Assembly (NCBI GenBank): GCA_963795085.1
Contig: CAWCFX010000003.1
Location: 224,001-288,000 of the forward strand
Reading direction: 5' to 3'
Source of the DNA: an uncultured Gemmatimonadales bacterium
GTDB taxonomy: Bacteria > Gemmatimonadota > Gemmatimonadetes > Gemmatimonadales > GWC2-71-9
DNA: 64,000 nt
Position 1 is the stretch's first letter. The number at the start of each line of letters is the position of its first letter. Made by a program: the position numbers and the translations under genes. Under the pieces are notes generated by a model, which saw nothing but the letters and a program-made list of their open reading frames with translations, was not told where the DNA came from and ran no database searches. This document shows, piece by piece, positions 1 to 8,856 of this stretch.

Positions 1-1
1 C

Positions 2-697
2 GCCCGTGCGGTGGCCTTTTCCGCCTCCGGCCACCGGATCTTCGTCGCACTGAACCAAGGTGGCCTGCTCGAAATTGACCGGTTCTCTGACCGGGTGCTG
101 CGGACCATCAAGTTACCTGGGACTGCCGTGGCCATCCGTCCCGCGGGGTATGGCCAGTGGCTGCTGATCCGCCCAGCCGATGCCGATTCCCTCTGGATCG
201 TTGACGTCAGCACCGGACAGTATCTTTCCGACTGGGCCACCCGCTGGAGCGCCGACCTTCCTACCGTGGCGGGACTGTCCATCCTGGTCCTCCGCCAGGG
301 AAAGGACATAGTCGCCCACGACCTGGCCGCGACCGGGTGGCCGGAAACTGGCCGCGTCCCCGGGGGCGGGGCGGACCTCTGGCTCCCCATCGCCTGGACC
401 CCGGAAGGCGGCACCGCCCCGACCCGGATCGACAGCGCGCCCCCCGCCACGACGCCGGAGTCCACACCATCGGCCCGGGTGTTCCTCCAGGTCAGCAGTT
501 CGCAGAACCCGAGCTGGGCCGAAGACCTGGCCCGGCAGCTTCGTGATGTCGGGCTCTCGGCCTCGGTGCTCAAACCCGCCCGCCCGGGTGACGGATACCG
601 GGTAGTCCTGGGTCCCTATGACTCCCGTGAAACCGCCGAAGCCGAAGGCCGCAAGCTGGGCCGGCCGTTTTTCATCTATCAGCCGGACCCCCAGTGA
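2..697 (+). CDS. SPOR-domain protein, 5'-truncated by the window edge; beta-propeller-like N-terminal part
   Basis: Frame is open from position 2. C-terminal VFLQVSSSQN...GYRVVLGPYDSRETAE is typical of a SPOR domain and follows a Pro/Thr-rich linker. Confidence 0.7.
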   Translation, partial: ARAVAFSASGHRIFVALNQGGLLEIDRFSDRVLRTIKLPGTAVAIRPAGYGQWLLIRPADADSLWIVDVSTGQYLSDWATRWSADLPTVAGLSILVLRQGKDIVAHDLAATGWPETGRVPGGGADLWLPIAWTPEGGTAPTRIDSAPPATTPESTPSARVFLQVSSSQNPSWAEDLARQLRDVGLSASVLKPARPGDGYRVVLGPYDSRETAEAEGRKLGRPFFIYQPDPQ

Positions 698-815
698 TGA
701 CGCCTGGCGGATGGCCCACGGCCCGGCGACCCCGCCCGATGGGCCACCGGCGATTCGCCCTTTACCACTCGCGCTGCACCATCAGCCATCCGCTTTCCAC
801 GGAGCGTTCCTCGCC

Positions 816-3800
816 ATGAAGCTCACCAAGCTCGAGCTGTCCGGGTTCAAGTCGTTCGCCGATCCAGTCACCCTGCATTTCGAAGACGGCGTGACGGCGA
901 TCGTGGGACCCAACGGGTGCGGCAAGTCCAATGTCTCCGACGCGGTGCGCTGGGTGCTGGGCGAGCAGTCGGCCCGGCTGCTGCGCGGCGGCAAGATGGA
1001 AGATGTCATTTTCCAGGGCGCGGCGACCCGCCGGCCGGTTAACGTGAGCGAGGTGTCCCTGTACCTCGACAACAGCGATGGGGACCTCCCCATCGCCTAC
1101 CGGGAAGTGGTGATCACCCGCCGGCTCTCCCGCTCCGGGCAGAGCGATTACCTCCTGAACCGCGCCCCCGCCCGGCTCCGCGACATCCAGGACCTGCTGC
1201 GCGGCACCGGGCTGGGCAGCGAGGCCGGCGTGGTCATCGAATCGAAGATGATCGACCTGCTGCTCTCCGACCGGGCCGAGGAGCGGCGGTCCCTCTTCGA
1301 GGAAGCGGCCGGGATCGGCCTCTACCGCGACCGGAAGGAAAGCACCGAGCGCCGGCTGGAAGAGACCGGCCAGGACCTCCAGCGGGTGGAGGACTTGATC
1401 GCCGAGGTGCAGTCCCAGTTGCGCAGCCTGGCCCGCCAGCGCGGCAAGGCCGAGCGCTATTACAAGCTGACCGAGGAAAAGTTTGCGGTCCAGCTGACCC
1501 TGGCGCGCCGGCTGCTGCAGGAGATCGACGAGCAGATGGTCTCCATCCGGACTCGGCGCGAGACGCTGGCGGAAGAGCTGCCCCGGATGCGGGAGACCCT
1601 GCACCAGTCGGAACAGCAGCGGGAGGATTCGGCCCGGGAACGGGCCAGCCTGGAATCCCAGCGCACCGATATTGCCCGCCGGCTGGGGGCGGTGCGGGTG
1701 GAGATGGGCAAGTTGGACGGCGACCTGGCGCTCGCCGCCGAGCGGCTGGCCAATGCGTCAGCCCGGAAAGCGCGCGCCACCGACGAGCGGGACCTCATGG
1801 AAACCCGGGCCCTCCAGGCGGTGCGGGAAAAAGAACACGCCGAAGCGGAGCGGGGCGCGGCCCGGGCCGAGCACGCGCGGATCCAGAGCGAACTGGCCGG
1901 CCGCTCCACCGCGGAAGACTACGTTCGCCAGCGTCTCGCGGAACAGCGCAACGCGCTGCGGTCCCTCGAGGAGGACATTCAGCGACACCTCCATACCCTT
2001 CGCAGCCTCGAGGGCGAACGCACGGCGCTGGAGAGCGACCTGGCGTCGCTACGGGAACGGGAAGCCCAGCTGGCCGCCCGGCGCGCGGCCCTGGAGCAGG
2101 AGCTGGAATCGGCGGAGCACCGGCGGGAGGACACCGCCACCCAGGCGGAGAAGCGAATCATGGAGTCACGCCGCGCCGGGTCAGACGCGGACCGGGCTCG
2201 CCACCAGGTGGGGGAGCTTCGCCGCCAGGAGGCGCTGGACCGCTCGACCCTGCGCGATGCGGAGGAACTGGTCGCCCAGCTGGCCGCGCGGCGGCAGGCC
2301 CTGGAAGACCTCGAGCGCGACCGGGTGGGCCTGGCGCCAGGCGCGGCGGCCCTGCTCGCGGTACGGGAGCGATTCAACGGCGCCGTCTTGGGCCCCCTGT
2401 CCGATTTCATCGAGACCGGCCGGGGCGATGCCGAACTGGCCGAGCGGCTGCTAGGCGAGTGGGTCCATGCCGTGCTGGTCCAGGACCGGGACGTCATTCC
2501 CGAGATCCAGCGCTGGCACGCGGAGAACCCGATCGGAGCCCTGGTCCTTCTCCCGGTATCTCCCGGTCCCTCGGCGGCCGTGGGGAGCGATCCTCTCGAG
2601 GACCGGCTTCGAGCGGGCCACCCGGCCCAGGACTGGGTCCGCGCGCTGCTCGGTGGGTCCGAGATCCTGGAATCCAGTGGCCGCGTGCTGCGCCGTGCCA
2701 ACGGCGCCATCCTGCTGACCGGAGCCGTTGCTCCGACCGGGCCACTGCGGCGCCGCGCCGAACTGCAGGAACTGGGCGAAGAGCTGAACCGCTCCCGGGC
2801 CCAGTTGGCGGAAACCGAGACGACGCTGCGGGTCACCATGGAGCGGCTGTCCCACGCAGAAAGTGAACTGGAGCGGGCCACCGCCGGCGCCGACCAGGCC
2901 CGGGAGGCCGAACGGCAGGCCGTGGCCGCGCGGGAGGATGCCAGCCGGGTCGCCGGAAACCTCCGCCGGGATCACGAGGAGGCCGCCGCCCAGCACACCG
3001 CGCTGAGCGAACGGATCCTCAAGTCCGAGCAGCGCCTATCGGAGATCGATGCCGCCATAACCGAAGGAGACCTGGGACGGGCCCAGCTGGAAGAACACCT
3101 GGGAGCCGCCCGCGCCCACCTCGCGGAGTTCGAGGTGGAGCAGGAGAGCGCCCGGGAAAGCCGGGTCCATTGGCAAGTCCAGGAAGCCCACGTCGCGGCC
3201 CGCGTCCAGGCCGCCTCCGAACGGCTGGAACGGGCTGTCCAGATGGGAACCGATGCGGAGCAGCAGTCGGAAACCCTGGCGGGGGAATTGTCGCGATTGG
3301 AGGCGGATACCGGGTTTCTCATGGCCCAGCAGGCCCAGTGGCACGACATGCGTGCCGAGCGGCGGATCGCACTCCTTGAGCTGGAGGCCGCCGCGGGCGA
3401 TGCCGAGCTCGAACTCGCTACCGCCGAGGACGCCCTGGCGACCGCCGAGGCCGACCTGGCAAGTTACCGGCACCGGCTGGAATCCATGAGCGAGGAGTAC
3501 CATGGGCTGGAGCTGCGGGTCACCGAAGAAGGCGCCCGCAAGCGGTCGATCATCGAGCGGGTCGAAGCCGAGTGGAAGAAACCGATCGACGCCCTGCTGG
3601 CGGATGCCCCCGAACTGGACCTCGATCGCGAGTCGTTGGAGGGCGAGTCAGCGCGTATTGCCAGCAACCTGGAACAGATTGGCCCCATCAATCCCCTGGC
3701 GGTCGAGGAACATGCCGAGGAAAGCAAGCGGCTCGATTTCCTCACGACTCAGCGGGATGACCTGGTCGCGGGCCGGCAGTCCCTGCAGCAGGCGATCCGG

Positions 3801-4286
3801 GAAATCGACGGCACCGCCCGCAACATGTTCCTGGAGACCTTCACCGCGGTACAGGCCAACTTCAACAAGGTCTTCCAGACGCTGTTCGGCGGCGGCGAAT
3901 GCGAACTCCGGCTCGCCAACCCCGATGAGCCGCTGGACAGCGAGATCGACATCCACGCCGCCCCCCGCGGGAAGCGGACCCAGCGCATCCACCTGCTCTC
4001 CTCCGGCGAACGGACCCTGGTCGCCGCCTCGCTCCTGTTCAGCATCTACCTGACCAAGCCGAGTCCCTTCTGCCTCATGGACGAAGTCGATGCGCCGCTC
4101 GACGATTCCAACGTGGGACGGTTTACCCGCCTGCTCGACGAGTTCAAGCACACCACCCAATTCATCGTGATCACCCACAATCCACGGACCATGCAGGCCG
4201 CAGACGCGGTCTACGGGGTGACCATGCAGGAGCCCGGCTGTTCCACCATCGTCGGGGTGCGGCTGGGCGAAAAAGAGACGGTATAG
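816..4286 (+). CDS. smc: Chromosome segregation ATPase SMC
   Basis: Start moved to ATG 816 (MKLTKLELSGFKSF). Walker A GPNGCGKSN, long coiled coils, hinge region, signature LSSGE, Walker B/D-loop CLMDEVDAPLD, ITHN. Confidence 0.97.
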   Translation: MKLTKLELSGFKSFADPVTLHFEDGVTAIVGPNGCGKSNVSDAVRWVLGEQSARLLRGGKMEDVIFQGAATRRPVNVSEVSLYLDNSDGDLPIAYREVVITRRLSRSGQSDYLLNRAPARLRDIQDLLRGTGLGSEAGVVIESKMIDLLLSDRAEERRSLFEEAAGIGLYRDRKESTERRLEETGQDLQRVEDLIAEVQSQLRSLARQRGKAERYYKLTEEKFAVQLTLARRLLQEIDEQMVSIRTRRETLAEELPRMRETLHQSEQQREDSARERASLESQRTDIARRLGAVRVEMGKLDGDLALAAERLANASARKARATDERDLMETRALQAVREKEHAEAERGAARAEHARIQSELAGRSTAEDYVRQRLAEQRNALRSLEEDIQRHLHTLRSLEGERTALESDLASLREREAQLAARRAALEQELESAEHRREDTATQAEKRIMESRRAGSDADRARHQVGELRRQEALDRSTLRDAEELVAQLAARRQALEDLERDRVGLAPGAAALLAVRERFNGAVLGPLSDFIETGRGDAELAERLLGEWVHAVLVQDRDVIPEIQRWHAENPIGALVLLPVSPGPSAAVGSDPLEDRLRAGHPAQDWVRALLGGSEILESSGRVLRRANGAILLTGAVAPTGPLRRRAELQELGEELNRSRAQLAETETTLRVTMERLSHAESELERATAGADQAREAERQAVAAREDASRVAGNLRRDHEEAAAQHTALSERILKSEQRLSEIDAAITEGDLGRAQLEEHLGAARAHLAEFEVEQESARESRVHWQVQEAHVAARVQAASERLERAVQMGTDAEQQSETLAGELSRLEADTGFLMAQQAQWHDMRAERRIALLELEAAAGDAELELATAEDALATAEADLASYRHRLESMSEEYHGLELRVTEEGARKRSIIERVEAEWKKPIDALLADAPELDLDRESLEGESARIASNLEQIGPINPLAVEEHAEESKRLDFLTTQRDDLVAGRQSLQQAIREIDGTARNMFLETFTAVQANFNKVFQTLFGGGECELRLANPDEPLDSEIDIHAAPRGKRTQRIHLLSSGERTLVAASLLFSIYLTKPSPFCLMDEVDAPLDDSNVGRFTRLLDEFKHTTQFIVITHNPRTMQAADAVYGVTMQEPGCSTIVGVRLGEKETV

Positions 4287-4310
4287 GCAGCCCGGCGGGG
4301 CCACCCCCGG

Positions 4311-4339
4311 TTGGCGAACCGGTAAGGGTAGCTTAGGCT
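4311..4339 (+). promoter_or_regulatory. Putative sigma-70 promoter for aroF-lolA
   Basis: TTGGCG-N17-TAGGCT. Confidence 0.5.
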
Positions 4340-4442
4340 TTACCCTGGGCGGGAGCTTTCCGGACCACCGGACGGCCCGCCCGTTGTCTCGGGAGGGAGC
4401 CCCAGGCGGCTCCCGGTTTCTCCAACCAAGGAAGCGCGTCGG

Positions 4443-5489
4443 ATGCTGGTGGTAATGCGGCAGGGCGCCACTGAAGATGAAATCCGGGCGGTGACCCGGG
4501 CCATCGAGGATCTGGGATTCGAGGCCCGGGTCATGGCCGGAAAACAACGGACCACCGTCGGCGTGCTCGGCAACGAGAACCGGGTGGACCCGTCCCGCGT
4601 TTCCGCCCTCCCGGGCGTCCTCGAAGTGATCCATGTCACTCCGCCGTACAAGCAGGTCTCCCGGGAATGGAAAGCGGAATCGTCCATTGTCCGGCTGCCG
4701 GGCGGGTTGACCCTTGGCGGGGACGATATCGTAGTCATGGCGGGGCCCTGTTCGGTCGAATCCGAGGCCCAGATCATGGCTGCGGCCGCCGCGGTCCGCG
4801 AGGCGGGGGCCACGATCCTCCGAGCCGGAGCCTACAAGCCCCGGACCAGCCCCTATTCGTTCCAGGGGCTGGGAAAGCCCGGGCTGGCGCTCCTGGCCCG
4901 GGCCAGGGAAGAGACCGGCCTCCTGATCGTGACCGAGGCCATGGATGCGGAATCGGTGGACCTGGTGGCCTCGGTCGCCGACATCATCCAGGTTGGCGCA
5001 CGGAACATGCAGAACTACTCGCTGCTCAAGCGAGTGGGGCGGTCCGGAAAGCCGGTGCTGCTCAAGCGGGGGATGTCGGCGACGGTCCAGGAGCTGTTGC
5101 TCTCGGCGGAATATGTTCTCGCCGAAGGCAACCCCGATGTCATTCTCTGTGAGCGAGGAGTGCGGGGGTTCGACGCCTCGACCCGGAACCTGCTCGACCT
5201 GTCCGCCATTCCGGTCGTGCACGCGCTGTCGCACCTGCCGATCGTGGCGGACCCGAGCCATGGCACCGGCCACCGGGACATGGTAATCCCGATGGCCCGT
5301 GCTGCAGTAGCGGCGGGAGCAGATGGAATCATGGTCGAGGTGCACCCGGCCCCCGAGCGGGCGATGTCGGATGGCGCCCAGAGCCTGTACCCTGAACAAT
5401 TTGACCGGATGATGCGGGAAACCCGGCTGATCGCCGAGGCCATTGGCCGGCGGATCGCGGAACCCGCGGAATCAGGAGCCGATAGATGA
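4443..5489 (+). CDS. aroF: 3-deoxy-7-phosphoheptulonate (DAHP) synthase, type I-beta, with N-terminal ACT-like regulatory domain
   Basis: [46 protein letters not shown] motifs. Confidence 0.95.
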   Translation: MLVVMRQGATEDEIRAVTRAIEDLGFEARVMAGKQRTTVGVLGNENRVDPSRVSALPGVLEVIHVTPPYKQVSREWKAESSIVRLPGGLTLGGDDIVVMAGPCSVESEAQIMAAAAAVREAGATILRAGAYKPRTSPYSFQGLGKPGLALLARAREETGLLIVTEAMDAESVDLVASVADIIQVGARNMQNYSLLKRVGRSGKPVLLKRGMSATVQELLLSAEYVLAEGNPDVILCERGVRGFDASTRNLLDLSAIPVVHALSHLPIVADPSHGTGHRDMVIPMARAAVAAGADGIMVEVHPAPERAMSDGAQSLYPEQFDRMMRETRLIAEAIGRRIAEPAESGADR

Positions 5490-6151
5490 AAATCTCTTCA
5501 CTGCTGACCGTACCGGGCCCGCTGGCGCTGGCCCTCTTTCTTGCGTTTCCCGCCGTCCTGCCGGCGCAGTCGCCGGCCGAGGCGCTGGATCGCGCCGCCC
5601 GGACGTACCAGGACCTGCGCTCGTTCAGCGCCGACTTCTGGCAGGTGATCGACGACCCGATGCTGGGCAACTACCGGAGCCGGGGACGGCTGGTGCAGGC
5701 GGCCGATGGCCGGCTGTCGCTTCGCTTCACCGATCCCGCCGGCGAGGTCATCGTGCTGGACGGAGAGCACGTCTGGATGTACCTGCCCAGTACCGAGCCG
5801 GGCCAGGTCCGCAAGATCCCGGTCACCAGTCTCCCGGACTATTTCAATCCGCGCAGCCTGCTGACCCAGCCGGGGCGCCGTTTTGAGGCAACCGGCCTGC
5901 GGCGAGACCAGTTGAACGGCCGTCCTGCCGACGTCATCTCCCTGGCGCCCAAAGGCACTGACGTCCCGTTTTCGCAGGTGACGCTGTGGATAGACCGGGG
6001 AGACGGCCTGCCCCGGCGCCTTCAGTTCAAGGAGCGCTCCGGTGCTCTGCGGACCTTCACGTTCGCCGACGTCCGGACCAACCAGGCAGTGCCCGACCGG
6101 ACCTTCAGGTTCGAGGTTCCGGCCGGGGTCCGGGTGGTGACGTCGAGGTAG
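5486..6151 (+). CDS. lolA: Outer-membrane lipoprotein carrier LolA family protein
   Basis: Signal peptide; [21 protein letters not shown]-terminal [16 protein letters not shown] overlap with aroF. Confidence 0.85.
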   Translation: MKISSLLTVPGPLALALFLAFPAVLPAQSPAEALDRAARTYQDLRSFSADFWQVIDDPMLGNYRSRGRLVQAADGRLSLRFTDPAGEVIVLDGEHVWMYLPSTEPGQVRKIPVTSLPDYFNPRSLLTQPGRRFEATGLRRDQLNGRPADVISLAPKGTDVPFSQVTLWIDRGDGLPRRLQFKERSGALRTFTFADVRTNQAVPDRTFRFEVPAGVRVVTSR

Positions 6152-6998
6152 TCGGACCGGCCTCGAGCGCGGCCTGCACCTGCTGGGCCCGCTCTTCGGC
6201 GAGGCCGGCCGTCCGGGCCAGGTTGAGCACCGCCAGACCCACCGTGCGATACAACATCTGGTCCCGGGCACTGAGGGCCGCGAGGTGCAACCGGACCGTC
6301 GCCAGGTCCCCCCGGCGAATAGGCCCGGTGAGCGAGACGGCCGGCCCCAGGGCCGCAAGGTTGGCCACTGCCCCCTCCAGCAGCGGCAGGTAAATCCGCG
6401 CCGCGACCTCGGGATCAATCCCTGCCTCTACCGCAAGCCGCTCTGCGGCCCCGAACAATCCCACCGTGAAATTGCCCGCCAAGACCGCCCCCGCGTGGTA
6501 CTTTGCCTTGCCTCCCGCAGGAATGACAATCGGGCTCATCTGGAGAAGCCTGGCCAGCCGTTTCCCCATATCGATGGCCCGCTCGTCCCCTTCCAGGCCC
6601 GCGTACGCCCCCATCAGGCGTTCACTGGCGCTGGCCGGGTCAGCGACGGTCTGCAGCGGGTGAAAGGAGCCCAGGCCGGCGCCGCTGGATGACAATGCCG
6701 CTAGGGCGTTTCGGTCCAGGGGTCCGGCGAGGTGCAGCACGACATGGTGGGCTCCAATGACCCCGAGCCCGGCCACCTCGGAGGCGACCGGCTCCACCGC
6801 CGAGTCCGGGGTGGCGATGAGAACGACCTGGGCCGAACGGAGAGCCGGCGCCCAGGCATCCCCCAGCGAAAACGGCGGGCCCACGTCCTGGGCGCGGCGC
6901 CCCAGGAGCGTGACGTGCTGGCCCCCAGCCGCAAGCGCATTGCCCAGCCCCTGCCCCATCCTCCCCGCCCCGATGATCGCGATTCTCAGATTCGGCAT
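6105..6998 (-). CDS. Rossmann-like/DUF2520 oxidoreductase (PanG-like ketopantoate reductase family)
   Basis: IAIIGAGRMG dinucleotide-binding motif, SFHPLQT, YHAGAVLAGN, LTGPIRRGD; start at ATG 6998. Confidence 0.85.
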   Translation of the reverse strand: MPNLRIAIIGAGRMGQGLGNALAAGGQHVTLLGRRAQDVGPPFSLGDAWAPALRSAQVVLIATPDSAVEPVASEVAGLGVIGAHHVVLHLAGPLDRNALAALSSSGAGLGSFHPLQTVADPASASERLMGAYAGLEGDERAIDMGKRLARLLQMSPIVIPAGGKAKYHAGAVLAGNFTVGLFGAAERLAVEAGIDPEVAARIYLPLLEGAVANLAALGPAVSLTGPIRRGDLATVRLHLAALSARDQMLYRTVGLAVLNLARTAGLAEERAQQVQAALEAGPTTSTSPPGPRPEPRT

Positions 6999-7091
6999 GA
7001 CACCCGTATGTGAAAGTGGACAGCCTTGGTCATAGATCACGCCCTTCAGGGAGTGTGGCCCCTAGAATGGCAAGGCGCAAGCGGCGGCGGG

Positions 7092-7108
7092 TTGGCACCC
7101 GTCGTGCC
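7092..7108 (+). promoter_or_regulatory. Putative sigma-54 (-24/-12) promoter
   Basis: TTGGCAC-CCGTC-GTGC with exact GG-N10-GC spacing, about 80 bp upstream of 7187. Confidence 0.5.
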
Positions 7109-7186
7109 TTTCAGCAGTGCCTGGATGGCGACGTCTCCACCAACCGCGCGCATCCATGGGGAATAGCCTGATCACTGGAGAATATT

Positions 7187-7972
7187 ATGCTGCGATTCAG
7201 CCGTAACCTCGCCTCTGCGGTCTTCCTGGGAACGGCCATTGCCGCCACCCCCCTCTATGCCAGCGCGGACTGGGAACTGCTTGGCACCCGGAAGGTCAGT
7301 TTTAACAAGGAGACAGACGTCATTGAAGTGAGCAGGCGAGAAGGCCGCTTTACTGCCCTGCGAATCGAAGTCGATCATGGACCGCTCGAGATGCACGATA
7401 TCCGGGTGGTCTTCGCCAATGGCGAGAGTTTCTCTCCCTCTACCCGATTTGCCTTCGGCGACGGCGGCGAGAGCCGGACCCTGGATCTGCCTGGCGACGC
7501 CCGCAGCATTACCCGCATCGTCTTTCGCTACAAAAGCCGGATGCGGCTGGGGTCCGCCGAAGTAAAGGTGTATGGCCGCCAGGGTGGCGCGGACGATGAC
7601 CACGGCAACGGCCATCATGACGGGCAATATGGCCGGCCATCGGGAGACGAGTGGACTCATCTCGGCGCCCGGGAGGTGGATTTCCGCCGCGACCACGACG
7701 CCATGCAGGTGGAGGGAACCCGGCGCTTTACCCGTATTCTGCTGGCGGTCGAGGGGGCAGACATCGAGATTTACAACGTCAGCATCAACTTCGCCAATGG
7801 GGAACACTACGATCCTGACGTCCGTCTCCGGTTCGAGGCGAATTCGCGCAGCCGCTTCATTGATCTGCCCGGGACCGACCGGGACATCAGGAACATTGAG
7901 TTCAGTTATCGCACCCTGCAGCGCGGCAATGCCGGGAAAGCCGTCGTGCACGTGTACGGGAAGACCAGGTAG
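7187..7972 (+). CDS. Secreted protein with two tandem DUF2541/YaaI-like beta domains
   Basis: Signal peptide ending ASA; two repeats W-x-x-LG-x-R-x-V-x-F...FANGE...DLPG joined by a His/Asp/Gly-rich linker; SD GGAG. Confidence 0.7.
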   Translation: MLRFSRNLASAVFLGTAIAATPLYASADWELLGTRKVSFNKETDVIEVSRREGRFTALRIEVDHGPLEMHDIRVVFANGESFSPSTRFAFGDGGESRTLDLPGDARSITRIVFRYKSRMRLGSAEVKVYGRQGGADDDHGNGHHDGQYGRPSGDEWTHLGAREVDFRRDHDAMQVEGTRRFTRILLAVEGADIEIYNVSINFANGEHYDPDVRLRFEANSRSRFIDLPGTDRDIRNIEFSYRTLQRGNAGKAVVHVYGKTR

Positions 7973-7990
7973 GTTCCCGGACGGCGGAGA

Positions 7991-8022
7991 GAGCGGGCGG
8001 CTTTGGCCGCCCGCTTTGTTCT
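7991..8022 (+). terminator. Intrinsic terminator
   Basis: AGCGGGCGGC-TTTG-GCCGCCCGCT followed by TTGTT, between convergent genes. Confidence 0.7.
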
Positions 8023-8025
8023 GTC

Positions 8026-8844
8026 CTAGAGCCAGGTCTGGGCGATAAACCGGATACCCAGCACCAGCAGGAGGGCCGAAAAGACCCAGTACAGGGTGGC
8101 CGGTTTCGAGGCCCGGTTGAGATGCACGCCAAAGGGCACCGTGAGCACCGCGCCGGCCGCGATCGGGAGCGCCATCCGGAAGTCCACCCACCCCGCCATG
8201 AGGGGAGAAATGGCGGGCGCCCCCGATGCGGTCAGGTAGCCCAGCGTCCCCGACAGGGTGGCGAAGCCCACCGAGGCCAGTGAGGTCGGGGCCACCGTAC
8301 GGATCGGGAGGCGCGCAACGTAGAGCAGCGCGGGCACCGCGATCAGCCCGCCGCCGATCCCCAGTGTACTGGTCATGGCGCCGCCAAACAGGCCGATCAG
8401 CACCAGGAGGGCGGGCGAGGAGCCGTGCGCTTCGCGCGGCTCACCCAACTCCGAATGAGTGGCCGCCCGGCGCGCCATATCCGCCGCCGAGAGGAGGAGA
8501 AAGAGTCCAAAGACGCCGCGTACCCACTCGGCCTCCTCGGCATGGGCCACGATCCGGGCCACAAGAAATGAGGATAGCACCCCGGGGAGGCCGTACAGCA
8601 GCGCGATGCGCCAGGCGATGGCGCCGGTGCGGGCGTAGCGGCGGATGCCGAGCAGCGCGGCCACCAGCGCCACGCTCAGGCTGGTGGCATGGGCGACCAC
8701 GGTCTGCTCGGTCAGGGAGTAGGGAGACCCGCTGTAAACGAGGTACAGAAAGGGGACCATGAGGACGCCGCCGCCAATGCCGGCCAGCGCCGAGACGACG
8801 CCGACCAGCAGACCGACGGCGAAGGCCCCGATGAGCTCGATGAC
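8026..8844 (-). CDS. TauE/SafE (TSUP) family membrane exporter; start codon unresolved
   Basis: Two repeats of GxGGG-x3-VP; hydrophobic helices. The conserved first helix lies upstream of the first ATG (8760). Confidence 0.8.
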   Translation of the reverse strand, partial: VIELIGAFAVGLLVGVVSALAGIGGGVLMVPFLYLVYSGSPYSLTEQTVVAHATSLSVALVAALLGIRRYARTGAIAWRIALLYGLPGVLSSFLVARIVAHAEEAEWVRGVFGLFLLLSAADMARRAATHSELGEPREAHGSSPALLVLIGLFGGAMTSTLGIGGGLIAVPALLYVARLPIRTVAPTSLASVGFATLSGTLGYLTASGAPAISPLMAGWVDFRMALPIAAGAVLTVPFGVHLNRASKPATLYWVFSALLLVLGIRFIAQTWL

Positions 8845-8856
8845 CGGTGCCGCTCC

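Noticed and set aside
700..800. 9-bp inverted repeat GCGGATGGC/GCCATCCGC upstream of smc as a MITE/REP
   Set aside because: Short, single copy in the window, no target-site duplication.
816..4286. SMC as part of a Wadjet/MksBEF defence system
   Set aside because: Canonical housekeeping SMC motifs and no jetA/B/D-like neighbours.
7009..7041. TGTGA and TCACG half-sites upstream of the 7187 gene
   Set aside because: Neither has a matching partner half-site at N6 spacing.
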